DNA of 52,985 bases from a virus (lineage: Duplodnaviria; Caudoviricetes), in IMG/VR virus record IMGVR_UViG_3300030099_007681, positions 1 to 52,985 of that record. One strand, 5' to 3'. The notes beneath the pieces are model-generated. The model did not search any database, was not told the DNA's origin, and was given only the letters and a program-made list of their open reading frames with translations. Below are positions 1 to 9,645 of the stretch, piece by piece (position 1 is the first letter of the stretch; each line of letters begins with the position of its first letter). A program made the position numbers and the translations under genes.

Positions 1-2
1 TA

Positions 3-173
3 GTGTTGGTTGTGTCAGAAGAGATGGTCGCTGATCCAAAAGTCAGCAAGAATATTGAGTCGGCAATCGCTTATGTTGGCGGTCGATGCGAGACACTTTT
101 CTCTGGCGTTTATGTCAGAAAGAATGTACCCGGTCTGATTGCTATACTAAGTATGAATGGATTAGCGACATGA
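3..173 (+). CDS. C-terminal fragment of an upstream gene, possibly FtsZ/tubulin-like (partial, not in ORF track)
   Basis: Frame open from the window edge: VLVVSEEMVADPKVSKNIESAIAYVGGRCETLFSGVYVRKNVPGLIAILSMNGLAT*. TGA overlaps the next ATG (ATGA, 170-173). The ending resembles the last two strands of the FtsZ/CetZ C-terminal domain (hhhG...hxhxhhxxG). Confidence 0.5.
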   Translation: MLVVSEEMVADPKVSKNIESAIAYVGGRCETLFSGVYVRKNVPGLIAILSMNGLAT

Positions 174-679
174 AAAAACTATTCGAAAATTGGCGAAACA
201 ATTTTAACGAAATAGCATACGAACCCGGCGGCGCTGTCGGTGATATTAATACTGGAGAAGAGCGTCTAAGCCCTGAGCATCTTGAAAGAGAAGAAATGTT
301 ACAGCTAGCCGATAAATTTAATGTTGGTATAGAATTTGATATCTCAGATTTTCGTGATGGCTCAAGTTATGCAAGGGTTACTCTTGAGAATGGTGACGTT
401 ATGTATTATTATGATGCTGAAGAAATGTATCAAGATTTAGCTAAGAGGCGCGAAATGAACGAAGAACTTAGAGATTATACTGGTGGACAATCACGCATCC
501 CCGATCTTCAAATTCCTGGCTACGGCATTATGACTGTTCAGCAAGTTGAAAGAAAGTTAGCACGCATGTTGCAAGAAGCTGCCGAGGATGCTATGAAAGA
601 CCCTCCACAATATTCTCACCTCAACAATGGCGTTATTCAAGCTTTACACAAAGCGTTAAAGGATTTTAAAGAATTATGA
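170..679 (+). CDS. hypothetical acidic protein, putative capsid-internal protein (MKKLFENWR leader)
   Basis: ORF 86..679; start moved to ATG 170, which is coupled to the upstream stop and follows a late-promoter-like ACTAAGTAT at 146. Confidence 0.6.
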   Translation: MKKLFENWRNNFNEIAYEPGGAVGDINTGEERLSPEHLEREEMLQLADKFNVGIEFDISDFRDGSSYARVTLENGDVMYYYDAEEMYQDLAKRREMNEELRDYTGGQSRIPDLQIPGYGIMTVQQVERKLARMLQEAAEDAMKDPPQYSHLNNGVIQALHKALKDFKEL

Positions 680-987
680 GTTTATGGAACAACATTAAAG
701 GCTGGTTTGATAAAGAAGAATCACCGCAGAAAGTAGAACAGCCCGCAGGCAAATCCGTACAAATTGTAGAAACATCGGGCGATATAACGGCTAAACAACT
801 TTTTGAAAAAATGTGTATAGATAGTGGCATTTCTGTTGAAAACTTAAGAAAAACCAGAGCAATTGAACTATTTTCTGATTGGTATGTTGGACCTGCAGAT
901 AGAAAACAGGTTGCTTTATGTTACGAACAGTTTAAAAACGCTCATCCAATTATTCAAAAAAAGTTCGGGGACACAGTTATAAAATGA
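676..987 (+). CDS. hypothetical protein
   Basis: 103 aa ORF with ATGA overlaps at both ends. Confidence 0.65.
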   Translation: MSLWNNIKGWFDKEESPQKVEQPAGKSVQIVETSGDITAKQLFEKMCIDSGISVENLRKTRAIELFSDWYVGPADRKQVALCYEQFKNAHPIIQKKFGDTVIK

Positions 988-1580
988 AAATTACTAAAAG
1001 CAAACTTAAAAAACTTTTGATTGAAGAAATTCAAAATGATCGCGAGCTTATTGCTGCCATAGGGGCATTAGCAAATTCTATAGAAGATTTAGATGTTAGT
1101 ATTGATTACCTCACATCAGCTGTTACTGGGGATGATCCATTCACAACTAACATGCTTCAAAAAGGTTTTGGCAGATTAGCAAAGCCGTCCGGTCGCTCTA
1201 AAGAACTTTCTGAAGGGTATGGTGAGGGCTCAATGGCCAGAGGCCAGCTTGGCAGAACAGTTGAATTAGCAACAATGATACAGGAAATGATTGCTGATGA
1301 AAGTAATTTAGAAGAATGGGTTGAATCGAAAATCACTAAAGCCCATGACTACTTGTCTACAGTTTTAAATTACATGCGCGGTGAGCAATTATCTGAAAAT
1401 GAACTAGATGAAATTTTATACAGTGATTCTGATGTTGGTGATTATGTTACAGATTTTCGTAAATCAAAAGCACCTCAGTTTAAAGGCAAAAGTAAAGAAA
1501 AGCGAACACAAATGGCTGTTGCTGCCGCTTTGGATGCTGAAGACGAAGATAAAAATAAAAAGAAGCGAGGTAAAAAGTGA
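984..1580 (+). CDS. putative capsid-internal/prohead core protein, modular
   Basis: Leader MKITKSKLKKLLIEE; modules EGSMARGQL...WVESKITKAHDYL and DFRKSKAPQFKGKSKEKRTQMAVAA separated by LSE/LDE sites. Confidence 0.6.
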   Translation: MKITKSKLKKLLIEEIQNDRELIAAIGALANSIEDLDVSIDYLTSAVTGDDPFTTNMLQKGFGRLAKPSGRSKELSEGYGEGSMARGQLGRTVELATMIQEMIADESNLEEWVESKITKAHDYLSTVLNYMRGEQLSENELDEILYSDSDVGDYVTDFRKSKAPQFKGKSKEKRTQMAVAAALDAEDEDKNKKKRGKK

Positions 1581-1774
1581 TGGGATACGTCCAAGGTAAA
1601 TTAGACCGACTTGTAGAAAAAATGATCTCACGCAAGTTTCTTGTGTGGCTCACAGCAACAGGTTTATTGGCATTTTCTGATTTAGCTTCCAGCGATTGGG
1701 TTATTATCTCTGCTATTTACATTGGTGGCCAAACCGTAATTGATGGTATTGCTAAACTTAAGGGGGTAGCATGA
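1580..1774 (+). CDS. small two-TM membrane protein, putative holin
   Basis: SRKFLVW followed by two hydrophobic segments and a basic C-terminus; precedes a spanin-like pair. Confidence 0.55.
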   Translation: MGYVQGKLDRLVEKMISRKFLVWLTATGLLAFSDLASSDWVIISAIYIGGQTVIDGIAKLKGVA

Positions 1775-2154
1775 CGTGGGCAAAAGTATTACAATTTTGT
1801 CTTAAAAATTGGAAAGAGATATTGGTAGTTGTTTCATTGCTTACTGTATCAGTAAAAACACACATGGATTATCGCGCCCTTAATAAAGCATACGAGATAT
1901 CAAAAGAAGAAACCCGCGAACGTATTGGTGCTCTTCAAGCAATTCACAGCGAAGAGATAGCACGTCGCGAACACGCGCTTGATACATATAAAAAAGCGCT
2001 AAAAGAGTTGCGGAACAATTATGAAAAGTCGCAAAAAGAATTAGAGAATGAAAAGCAAAAGAGATTAAAAACATATGAAAAGCTTTTCTCTCAAGACAAG
2101 GAGGCGTTGTCAAATGAGATTGTTAACACTTTTGGCTTTGAGTTTGTGGAGTAA
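1771..2154 (+). CDS. N-terminal TM plus coiled-coil protein, i-spanin (Rz)-like
   Basis: Hydrophobic ILVVVSLLTVSV followed by a long heptad-rich helix; adjacent to the holin-like gene. Confidence 0.45.
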   Translation: MTWAKVLQFCLKNWKEILVVVSLLTVSVKTHMDYRALNKAYEISKEETRERIGALQAIHSEEIARREHALDTYKKALKELRNNYEKSQKELENEKQKRLKTYEKLFSQDKEALSNEIVNTFGFEFVE

Positions 2155-2542
2155 CATAGCAATAGCCACCACACCAGGCAAATTTACATTTCTTGGTGAA
2201 AAACAGTGTGCACCATTTGAAGGTGTGATATTCGATCCAACTGCAACAGCAAATATATTGGCACAAGCACAAACAGCAAATGATAGTTGTCAACTTATTT
2301 TACGGTATGAATTAGATAAACAAAAAGTTGAATATGAGCTACAATTACAAAACTTAACAATCAGGCACGATGCACTATTAGCTGAATATGATATGAGAGT
2401 TCAATCTTTAGAAAGAGAAGCAGACGCGTTGGCTAATGCATTAAAAAAACAATCCAAAAAAAGCCCAGTGCTTTGGATAGCTATTGGTGTAGCTAGTGGT
2501 GCAGCTGTTTCATATGGGGCATATAAAATATTTAATGAGTAA
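2114..2542 (+). CDS. secreted/membrane coiled-coil protein, possible spanin partner
   Basis: Start moved to ATG 2114 (GGAGG at 2100-2104); signal peptide MRLLTLLALSLWSNIAIA, two Cys, coiled coil, C-terminal hydrophobic helix; overlaps the previous gene. Confidence 0.5.
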   Translation: MRLLTLLALSLWSNIAIATTPGKFTFLGEKQCAPFEGVIFDPTATANILAQAQTANDSCQLILRYELDKQKVEYELQLQNLTIRHDALLAEYDMRVQSLEREADALANALKKQSKKSPVLWIAIGVASGAAVSYGAYKIFNE

Positions 2543-2918
2543 CAAAGATTACAATAAAGTAGTTGCTATTGAAAAAGCCATAAAAGAAAAATATGGTGAA
2601 GAAGCAATTGCGAATCCTAGAACAAATTGGGACGAAAATAAAGAAAAAGATTATCTGGAGCAAATGAAAGAACTTTATAACCGTAACAAAGAAAAACAAA
2701 CGTACTCAGAAAAAGTTAATGTTAATGGTATAAAGATATCAAAAAAACTACTTAATAGAGAATCTTTAAAAAATTGTCCTGTTTGTGGTACTTTTCCAAA
2801 AAGTGTCAAGGACGATGTATCATTAATAAAATTTGAATGTTGCAATAATTGCTATTACAAATATGTTGATGGTAGAGAAGAGAGATGGAAATCAGGATGG
2901 CGCCCAAATGAAAATTAG
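2535..2918 (+). CDS. hypothetical zinc-finger protein
   Basis: CPVC...ECCNNC; start moved to ATG 2535. Confidence 0.6.
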   Translation: MSNKDYNKVVAIEKAIKEKYGEEAIANPRTNWDENKEKDYLEQMKELYNRNKEKQTYSEKVNVNGIKISKKLLNRESLKNCPVCGTFPKSVKDDVSLIKFECCNNCYYKYVDGREERWKSGWRPNEN

Positions 2919-3243
2919 TAAACAAAAATTAAAACAAATTATCTTAGAAGAATTTGAAATACTTGAAAACAAAGATGAAGATGATGTTAAACTTCAAACG
3001 CAAGCTATGTCAACCGCGACTAGACAAGCCGATGCGCGCGCACGAATTGCGGCCCAAGGGAATCAATTTAGTGCTCAGGAAAAAGGTATTGTAGATCAAT
3101 TAGAGCAATATATTTCCGATTTAGCGAGCACAAATAATGTTGATTTAATGCAACATCGTGCACTTCTTCAAAGAGTGCTAAAATACTTAAAAGATCAGAT
3201 TGTAGGTACACAAAACCCGTCAAACCAAGGAGAAAAGAAATAA
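2908..3243 (+). CDS. putative capsid-internal protein (MKISKQKLKQIILEE leader)
   Basis: Start moved to ATG 2908; leader closely matches that of ORF 984. Confidence 0.6.
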   Translation: MKISKQKLKQIILEEFEILENKDEDDVKLQTQAMSTATRQADARARIAAQGNQFSAQEKGIVDQLEQYISDLASTNNVDLMQHRALLQRVLKYLKDQIVGTQNPSNQGEKK

Positions 3244-3797
3244 TGGCTACAGTATACGAAATAGTCCAAGGGCTATCGCAAGCAGCTGCAAACGCTTATG
3301 ATGGTGCGCTTGACGAAAATGGAGAGCCAATTAAGGCTGGACTGCAAAGAGAAGAGGGAGATCCAATTCTTGATAAGCGTGTTATGGATGGGTTTAATGT
3401 CAGGTTTCATGGAAATATGATGTGCCTGACGTACATGGCAGAAACACATCTTAAAGAGGTATATACTTTAGGGTTTGAATCTGATGTAGAATCAAAATTA
3501 GCTGAGATTGTCACTTTTCTTAAAAAAGAATATCGCAAAATTCGTGGAGAATCTGTTTCATTAACAAAAGAGGGAGAGATCGATGTTCGTGTTGAAAATT
3601 CATCTCGCATTCGTTCATGGGTTACAGCAAAAATTAACTACCGCGTCGGAGGACTTGATGAATCTATGCAAGTTGCTGCTGAACAGGACACAAAGCCTGA
3701 AGATTCTTTTAAAAAATTTATTGATCAAGGCGGATGGACTGGCGATGGTGGCAAGCGTCCACAGAATGATACGAGACCTAAACCATCAAATGACTAA
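3243..3797 (+). CDS. hypothetical protein directly upstream of terminase
   Basis: AGGAG SD; TAATG coupling to neighbours on both sides. Confidence 0.7.
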   Translation: MATVYEIVQGLSQAAANAYDGALDENGEPIKAGLQREEGDPILDKRVMDGFNVRFHGNMMCLTYMAETHLKEVYTLGFESDVESKLAEIVTFLKKEYRKIRGESVSLTKEGEIDVRVENSSRIRSWVTAKINYRVGGLDESMQVAAEQDTKPEDSFKKFIDQGGWTGDGGKRPQNDTRPKPSND

Positions 3798-5380
3798 TGG
3801 CATTTCAATTAGACAAAAAGAAACAAGTAAAAGAAATACTTAAGTGTGGCGCTGAGCCTTCTTACTTTCTCAAAAATTATGCCCGTATATCTCATCCGAT
3901 GCACGGGCTAATTCTGTTTAATACTTATGATTTTCAAGATGAGTTGCTACAAAATTTTAACGATTATCGTTTTAATGTTATATTAAAAGCAAGACAACTT
4001 GGTATTTCAACAATTACAGCGGGCTACATTGCGTGGATGATGTTGTTTCATCGTGATAAATCAATCCTTGTAATGGCTACCAAGTTTGCGACCGCAGGTA
4101 ATCTAGTTAAAAAAGTTAAAAGCATTATGAAAAATTTGCCAGATTGGATTCGTATCGCTTCAATTTCTGTTGATAATAGAACATCATTTGAGCTTTCAAA
4201 TGGTTCACAAATTAAAGCAGCATCTACTTCCGGCGATGCCGGTCGTTCTGAAGCACTGTCTTTGTTGGTGCTTGATGAGGCCGCACATATTGAAGGATTA
4301 GACGAGTTGTGGACTGGTTTGTATCCTACACTCTCAACCGGTGGCCGTTGTATTGCTCTATCTACTCCAAATGGTGTTGGTAACTGGTTCCACAAAACTT
4401 GTACCGATGCAGAATCAGGAACAAACAATTTTAACCTTACAACTTTGCCATGGGATGTGCACCCTGAGAGAGATAAAGATTGGTATAAAAAAGAAACTAA
4501 AAACATGTCCAAGAGACAGATCGCTCAAGAGCTTGAGTGTAACTTTAACACTTCAGGTGAAACAGTTATCGATCCAGATTGTATGAAATGGTTATTGACT
4601 AATATATGTGAGCCAAAATACAGAACTGGGTTTGATAGAAACTTTTGGATTTGGGAAGAATTTGATCCTTCATGCAATTACTTAGCTGTGGCTGATGTTT
4701 CCCGTGGCGATGGCGCAGATTATTCTACATTGCATGTGATTAAATTGGAAACTTTAGAAATAATAGGTGAATACCAAGGCAAACCAACACCAGATATGTA
4801 CGCTAACTTTTTAAATCAAGTGGGCAGAGAATTTGGAAATGCAATGCTTGTGGTTGAAAATAATAACATTGGCTACACTGTTCTTGATAAACTTGTTGAG
4901 CAAGGATACCCAAATTTATATTATTCAATTAAGTCCACACACCAGTATATTGAACAGCATCAAGCAGAATCTATGAATTCTGCAATTGCTGGATTTACCA
5001 CATCAATGAAGACTAGACCGCTCATTGTGGCTAAATTAGAAGAGTTTATAAGAAACAAACTAATTAAAATATATTCTTCTCGTACAATTAATGAGATGAA
5101 AACTTTTATTTGGAGGAATGGTAAACCACAAGCAATGAAAGGCTATAATGATGATCTTATTATGGCGCTTGCTATCGCTTGCTGGGTAAGGGACACAGCA
5201 TTACAAGCTAACGCAAGAGATTTAAATTATCAAAAAGCTTTTGTAAGTGCAATTAAGACTTCCAAAACAACAATGAACACACAAATACCAGGCCAGCATG
5301 GCTACAAAAAAGGCGAGATATTTGATAAAATGAACGAAGCTAAAAGTATGTACAATCAATTTAAGTGGATTATAAAGTGA
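3797..5380 (+). CDS. terL: terminase large subunit (T4 gp17-like)
   Basis: Walker A KARQLGIST, Walker B LLVLDEAAH, coupling motif STPNG, nuclease acidic motifs ADVSRG and NDDLIMA. Confidence 0.96.
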   Translation: MAFQLDKKKQVKEILKCGAEPSYFLKNYARISHPMHGLILFNTYDFQDELLQNFNDYRFNVILKARQLGISTITAGYIAWMMLFHRDKSILVMATKFATAGNLVKKVKSIMKNLPDWIRIASISVDNRTSFELSNGSQIKAASTSGDAGRSEALSLLVLDEAAHIEGLDELWTGLYPTLSTGGRCIALSTPNGVGNWFHKTCTDAESGTNNFNLTTLPWDVHPERDKDWYKKETKNMSKRQIAQELECNFNTSGETVIDPDCMKWLLTNICEPKYRTGFDRNFWIWEEFDPSCNYLAVADVSRGDGADYSTLHVIKLETLEIIGEYQGKPTPDMYANFLNQVGREFGNAMLVVENNNIGYTVLDKLVEQGYPNLYYSIKSTHQYIEQHQAESMNSAIAGFTTSMKTRPLIVAKLEEFIRNKLIKIYSSRTINEMKTFIWRNGKPQAMKGYNDDLIMALAIACWVRDTALQANARDLNYQKAFVSAIKTSKTTMNTQIPGQHGYKKGEIFDKMNEAKSMYNQFKWIIK

Positions 5381-5388
5381 GAATATAA

Positions 5389-7416
5389 ATGGCAGACAAT
5401 AGAATTAGACCAAAGGGTAAAAACCCAGCAAACGAAGAATCAGAACTATTCAAAAGATTAACACGTCTTTTTTCTGGTCCGATTGTAAATTATCGTTCAC
5501 AATCTGGCCGACGTATCAGGAGACAACATCTTGATAAATTTTCTTCTAGATTTAAAACTGCCTCTGGTCAGCAATTTAAGAAAACACTTTACAATCCTCT
5601 TGATCAAATTGCTACAAATGCGATTGCGAATCAAAGACGCTCTGAACGATATGTAGATTTTGATCAAATGGAATATATGCCGGAAATAGCATCAACTATG
5701 GATATTTATGCTGATGAAATGACAACATATTCAGACCTTAAACCTATGTTGAATATTAGGTGTGCAAATGAAGAAATTAAAGCTGTGCTTGATACCTTGT
5801 ACAATAATGTTTTAAATATCCAATACAATCTTTTTGGTTGGTCTCGCACAATGTGTAAGTATGGTGACTTCTTTTTATATATGGATATTGATGACAAGTT
5901 TGGTGTCAAATCTGTTATAAGTTTACCAATCCAAGATATTGAAAGATTAGAAGGGCAAGATGCTACAAATCCAAATTATGTGCAGTACCAGTGGAATTCT
6001 GCTGGAATGACATTTGAAAATTGGCAAATTGCACATTTCAGGGTACTTGGGAACGATAAATACCAGCCGTATGGTACTTCCATTCTTGAGCCCGCAAGAC
6101 GCATTTGGCGGCAGCTTACACTAATGGAAGATGCTATGATGGCTTATCGTGTTGTTCGTTCCTCTGAACGTCGTGTCTTTAAGATTGATGTTGGTGCGGT
6201 GCCACCGAATGAAGTTGAGCAATACATGGAAAAGATAGTAACACAACTTAAGAGACATTCAGTGGTTGATCCTACTACTGGTCGTATTGATTTACGATAT
6301 AACCCCATGTCAATTGAAGAGGATTACTTTATTCCTGTGCGCGCTGGTTCACAAACAGACATTGTATCGCTTGCAGGCGCACAAAATATCACAGCAATTG
6401 ACGACATTAAATATCTTCGCGACAAACTCTTTTCCGCGCTAAAAATTCCCCAAGCATACCTTGCGATGGGTGAAGGCGCTGCTGAAGACAAGACAACGCT
6501 TGCACAAAAAGACATTCGCTTTGCAAGAACAATCCAAAGATTACAAAGAGTGATCATCGCAGAGCTTGAAAAAATTGGAATTATCCATCTTTATACTCTA
6601 GGTTTCCGCGGTGACGATTTGCTTTCCTTCAAACTGTCGCTTAACAACCCATCAAAGATTGCAGAGCTTCAAGAGATTGAACACTGGAAAGCTAAGTTTG
6701 ATATTGCTGGATCAGCAACTGAAGGATTCTTTTCTCGCCGCTGGGTTGCTGAAAATATATTTGGTATGTCTCATGAAGAATTTATTCGCAACCAACGTGA
6801 AATGTATTATGATCGCAAACAAGATGCATCGCTTCAAGCGGTTGCTGAGGCTCAAGCAGCCGGTGAAACTGGTGGCTTGGGTGGCGACTTAGACCTTGGT
6901 GGTGGCGGTGGAGATTTAGATCTTGGCGGCGATGACGCCGGCGGGCCAGCAGAAATTCCAGCTGGCGATGCAGGTGGTCCTCTAGACTTAGGCGACGATA
7001 CTGATAGCACCGCCGCAGCCGATGCTGGAGGTGCTGGCGGTGGTGGTGATGAATCGCCACTACTAGCCGTACCGCCGGGTTCTAGAAATGACAAGCGCAC
7101 ATATGAAAAAAGCACTTACACGCCTGTTAAAAATGACAGGAGAGCAGATAGTGGTCCAAGAAAAAGAAACTATGCTTCTAAGCGCAGCGCTGAAAAAAGT
7201 AGCTCAACAATTAGAAATGTGTTTCCTGGTTCTGAAATCAACAGCATTCCAAGTATCGCAAAAGGCATTTATGAAGAACAACAACCTATTTATAATTTGA
7301 ATGAGCAAGCAGAGGAACAAAAATTGTTTGAAATGAATGAATCAATTAGAAGTATTTTAAGAAGTTTAGACAATAGAAAAGTATCAACGGAGCAAAAAGA
7401 TGAAGAACAGGCATAA
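5389..7416 (+). CDS. portal protein (T4 gp20-like) with Gly/Asp-rich C-terminal extension
   Basis: PYGTSILEPARRIWRQLTLMEDAMMAYRVVRSSERRVFKIDVG and EDYFIP motifs; follows terL. Confidence 0.95.
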   Translation: MADNRIRPKGKNPANEESELFKRLTRLFSGPIVNYRSQSGRRIRRQHLDKFSSRFKTASGQQFKKTLYNPLDQIATNAIANQRRSERYVDFDQMEYMPEIASTMDIYADEMTTYSDLKPMLNIRCANEEIKAVLDTLYNNVLNIQYNLFGWSRTMCKYGDFFLYMDIDDKFGVKSVISLPIQDIERLEGQDATNPNYVQYQWNSAGMTFENWQIAHFRVLGNDKYQPYGTSILEPARRIWRQLTLMEDAMMAYRVVRSSERRVFKIDVGAVPPNEVEQYMEKIVTQLKRHSVVDPTTGRIDLRYNPMSIEEDYFIPVRAGSQTDIVSLAGAQNITAIDDIKYLRDKLFSALKIPQAYLAMGEGAAEDKTTLAQKDIRFARTIQRLQRVIIAELEKIGIIHLYTLGFRGDDLLSFKLSLNNPSKIAELQEIEHWKAKFDIAGSATEGFFSRRWVAENIFGMSHEEFIRNQREMYYDRKQDASLQAVAEAQAAGETGGLGGDLDLGGGGGDLDLGGDDAGGPAEIPAGDAGGPLDLGDDTDSTAAADAGGAGGGGDESPLLAVPPGSRNDKRTYEKSTYTPVKNDRRADSGPRKRNYASKRSAEKSSSTIRNVFPGSEINSIPSIAKGIYEEQQPIYNLNEQAEEQKLFEMNESIRSILRSLDNRKVSTEQKDEEQA

Positions 7417-8230
7417 TAAAAAAAGAAATACCGCTTTTGTTTATGAGGCTTTGATAAAAGAGGCTACCGCAGCAATTCTTAAACGGGATCATGAGCAAAA
7501 AGAAAAAGTTATTAATGTAATTAAAAAATATTTTAATCCTAATTGCATTCTTAGCAAGGATCTTGATTGTTATCGTGCCCTGTATGAGACAAAAGGTTTA
7601 TCTGAAAAAGATTCACGTAGAATTATTGAAGCAGCAACATTGGATAAAAGAATGATAGACCCAACTGGGTTATTTAAAATTCAATCTCAAATGATAAATG
7701 ATATTAATAAAGAAGTTAATTCTGATATCTTTAGTAATTTTGTGCCAAATTATAAAACGTTAGCAACTATTGATCAATTATTTTCTGTTAAAACGTCGCC
7801 AACCAAACGAATTATGTTAGAAAACGAAATGGTTGAATACATGACTACAGAGACTGAGAGGTTAAATAATGATAAAGTAGATCACGTAGTTGTAAGCACA
7901 TTTATTAAAAAATTCAATGACAAATATTCAACTGATTTGCTAGAAGAACAAAAAACACTTCTTTCGCACTATATTTCATCTTTCACTGATAACTCTCTTG
8001 AATTGAAAATTTATCTCAACAATGAAATATCTAGATTAAAAGCGGATCTTTCAGAAGCTCGTAAAATTAATGAAATTAAAGAGGATAAAGAAATGTTAAG
8101 TAAACTCAACGAGGTTATTAAAAAACTAGATTCGTATAGTTCAACTAATATTGATGATGGCGTATTACTTACCGTTCTTAAAACTCAAAATTTAACAAAG
8201 GAAATATTTTCTAATGCCGTTGACAATTAA
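7400..8230 (+). CDS. conserved hypothetical head-module protein
   Basis: 276 aa helical ORF starting RHNKKRNTAFVYE, between portal and protease. Confidence 0.7.
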   Translation: MKNRHNKKRNTAFVYEALIKEATAAILKRDHEQKEKVINVIKKYFNPNCILSKDLDCYRALYETKGLSEKDSRRIIEAATLDKRMIDPTGLFKIQSQMINDINKEVNSDIFSNFVPNYKTLATIDQLFSVKTSPTKRIMLENEMVEYMTTETERLNNDKVDHVVVSTFIKKFNDKYSTDLLEEQKTLLSHYISSFTDNSLELKIYLNNEISRLKADLSEARKINEIKEDKEMLSKLNEVIKKLDSYSSTNIDDGVLLTVLKTQNLTKEIFSNAVDN

Positions 8231-8753
8231 AATTGGCCGCGGAAATCAAAGCGCTATTGTGCGTTTAGAAATGGATATTCGCAAAAGCATGAGTGGTGAT
8301 ATAATGATTTTTGATCATGGTGACATTGATATAGTTTTGTCTCCTTCCAACAATAAAGTTTTGGCATTTCCAAAAGAAACCATGTCTGATTTAGTTTATG
8401 GTGCTCAAAACAGATTATTTTCTCATTTAAGAAAAAAGGGCTTGGTAATCCCAGAAAGTATACAGGCGGCAGCTTTTTATGGAGCTATTGAAGGTGAGAT
8501 GCAAAAATCGTTTAAGCAAGATTTAGATACTGCAAAAATGACCCTTATAAATATTTCTAAGTTTATTGATGACGAACGTCCATATTTTGAATCAACTGAG
8601 GCAATAATTAGTATGTCTGATGATGAACTGATTCACCCAGATAAAGAAGACTCTACTGAGCTTGGCGAAGTCCCGCAGTCAACTGAAAAAGGTTCAATAC
8701 GTCCTGGATTTATTAGAGATCCATACTCTTTAAGCTACCTTTACACAATTTAA
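8214..8753 (+). CDS. hypothetical head-module protein
   Basis: 179 aa ORF overlapping the previous gene. Confidence 0.7.
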   Translation: MPLTIKIGRGNQSAIVRLEMDIRKSMSGDIMIFDHGDIDIVLSPSNNKVLAFPKETMSDLVYGAQNRLFSHLRKKGLVIPESIQAAAFYGAIEGEMQKSFKQDLDTAKMTLINISKFIDDERPYFESTEAIISMSDDELIHPDKEDSTELGEVPQSTEKGSIRPGFIRDPYSLSYLYTI

Positions 8754-8754
8754 A

Positions 8755-9294
8755 ATGAAAACTATAATTAATAATTGGAATCTGTTTGTAATTTTAGAAC
8801 AAACTGGTGTTGAAAAATTAGCAGCAGATCCTAAAAAAACTAAAAATTTTGCTGACGCTGTAGGAGAAGTTTCTGATCCTGTACAATTAAAAAGAATTTT
8901 GACTGCTTTGTTAAATAACCCCGACGTTAAAGAAGCCGCACAGTTGTTTATAGATCTAAAAAGCGATATAGATAAAGGTGAACAGCCTGCGAGTGAAAAT
9001 ATTGTAAAAGATTTTGGATTAGGAGTTGATACATTAGGGCAAAAAGCCGGCGCTCAAGCGAGTACACTGTTGCAAAATAAAACTGCGCAGAACATATTAA
9101 AATATGGCGGACCCGTTGTTGCGCTTGGGATTATTGCTGCTACAATTGCAGGTGGAGGCTCGCCGTCGCTTGGGTTAGTTAATGCATTAGGGAGATTAGC
9201 TGTTTCTGGTCAGAGCACAAGTCAACTAGTAAACGGTCTTGAAGCCGCCTTAATCGCAAGCGCAGGTTTTATAGGAGAAGAAAATGAGGTATAA
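8755..9294 (+). CDS. hypothetical protein with hydrophobic Gly-rich C-terminal helices, possible internal/ejection protein
   Basis: Leader MKTIINNWNLFVILE resembles MKKLFENWR of ORF 170; GGPVVALGIIAATIAGG segment. Confidence 0.55.
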   Translation: MKTIINNWNLFVILEQTGVEKLAADPKKTKNFADAVGEVSDPVQLKRILTALLNNPDVKEAAQLFIDLKSDIDKGEQPASENIVKDFGLGVDTLGQKAGAQASTLLQNKTAQNILKYGGPVVALGIIAATIAGGGSPSLGLVNALGRLAVSGQSTSQLVNGLEAALIASAGFIGEENEV

Positions 9295-9645
9295 GTGGAA
9301 TTAGTAACTTTTATACTGTGTGCGTATGGCCTTACACAAATACTTGTATATGGCAAAATATTTGATGGTTTAAGACCAACAGAAGGACGGTTGGGGCAGT
9401 TATTTAAATGCCCAATGTGCATGGGATTTCATGTTGGTTGGTTTTTAATGCTACTTTCTCCATTCACGCAACTATTTAGTTTTGAAGTTTCTGTAACAAA
9501 CTACTTCCTTTTAGGTTGGCTTTCATCAGGAACATCTTATATTCTGAATATGGTATTCGGAGACAACGGAGTAAAATATGAACATAAATATGCAAACCCA
9601 GACACTTGCCACTTGGACAAACAAGTGGATGCTTCAACCAGTTAG
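9295..9645 (+). CDS. small membrane protein with CxxC (DUF1360-like)
   Basis: About three hydrophobic helices and LFKCPMCMGFHVG; GTG start after GAGGT. Confidence 0.6.
   Translation: MELVTFILCAYGLTQILVYGKIFDGLRPTEGRLGQLFKCPMCMGFHVGWFLMLLSPFTQLFSFEVSVTNYFLLGWLSSGTSYILNMVFGDNGVKYEHKYANPDTCHLDKQVDASTS

Noticed and set aside
86-169. N-terminal extension of ORF 86..679
   Set aside because: Overlaps the upstream gene's frame; ATG 170 is stop-coupled and begins the shared leader motif
3243-3797. Small terminase call for the gene upstream of terL
   Set aside because: Position fits, but no gp16-like motif is recognisable; left as hypothetical
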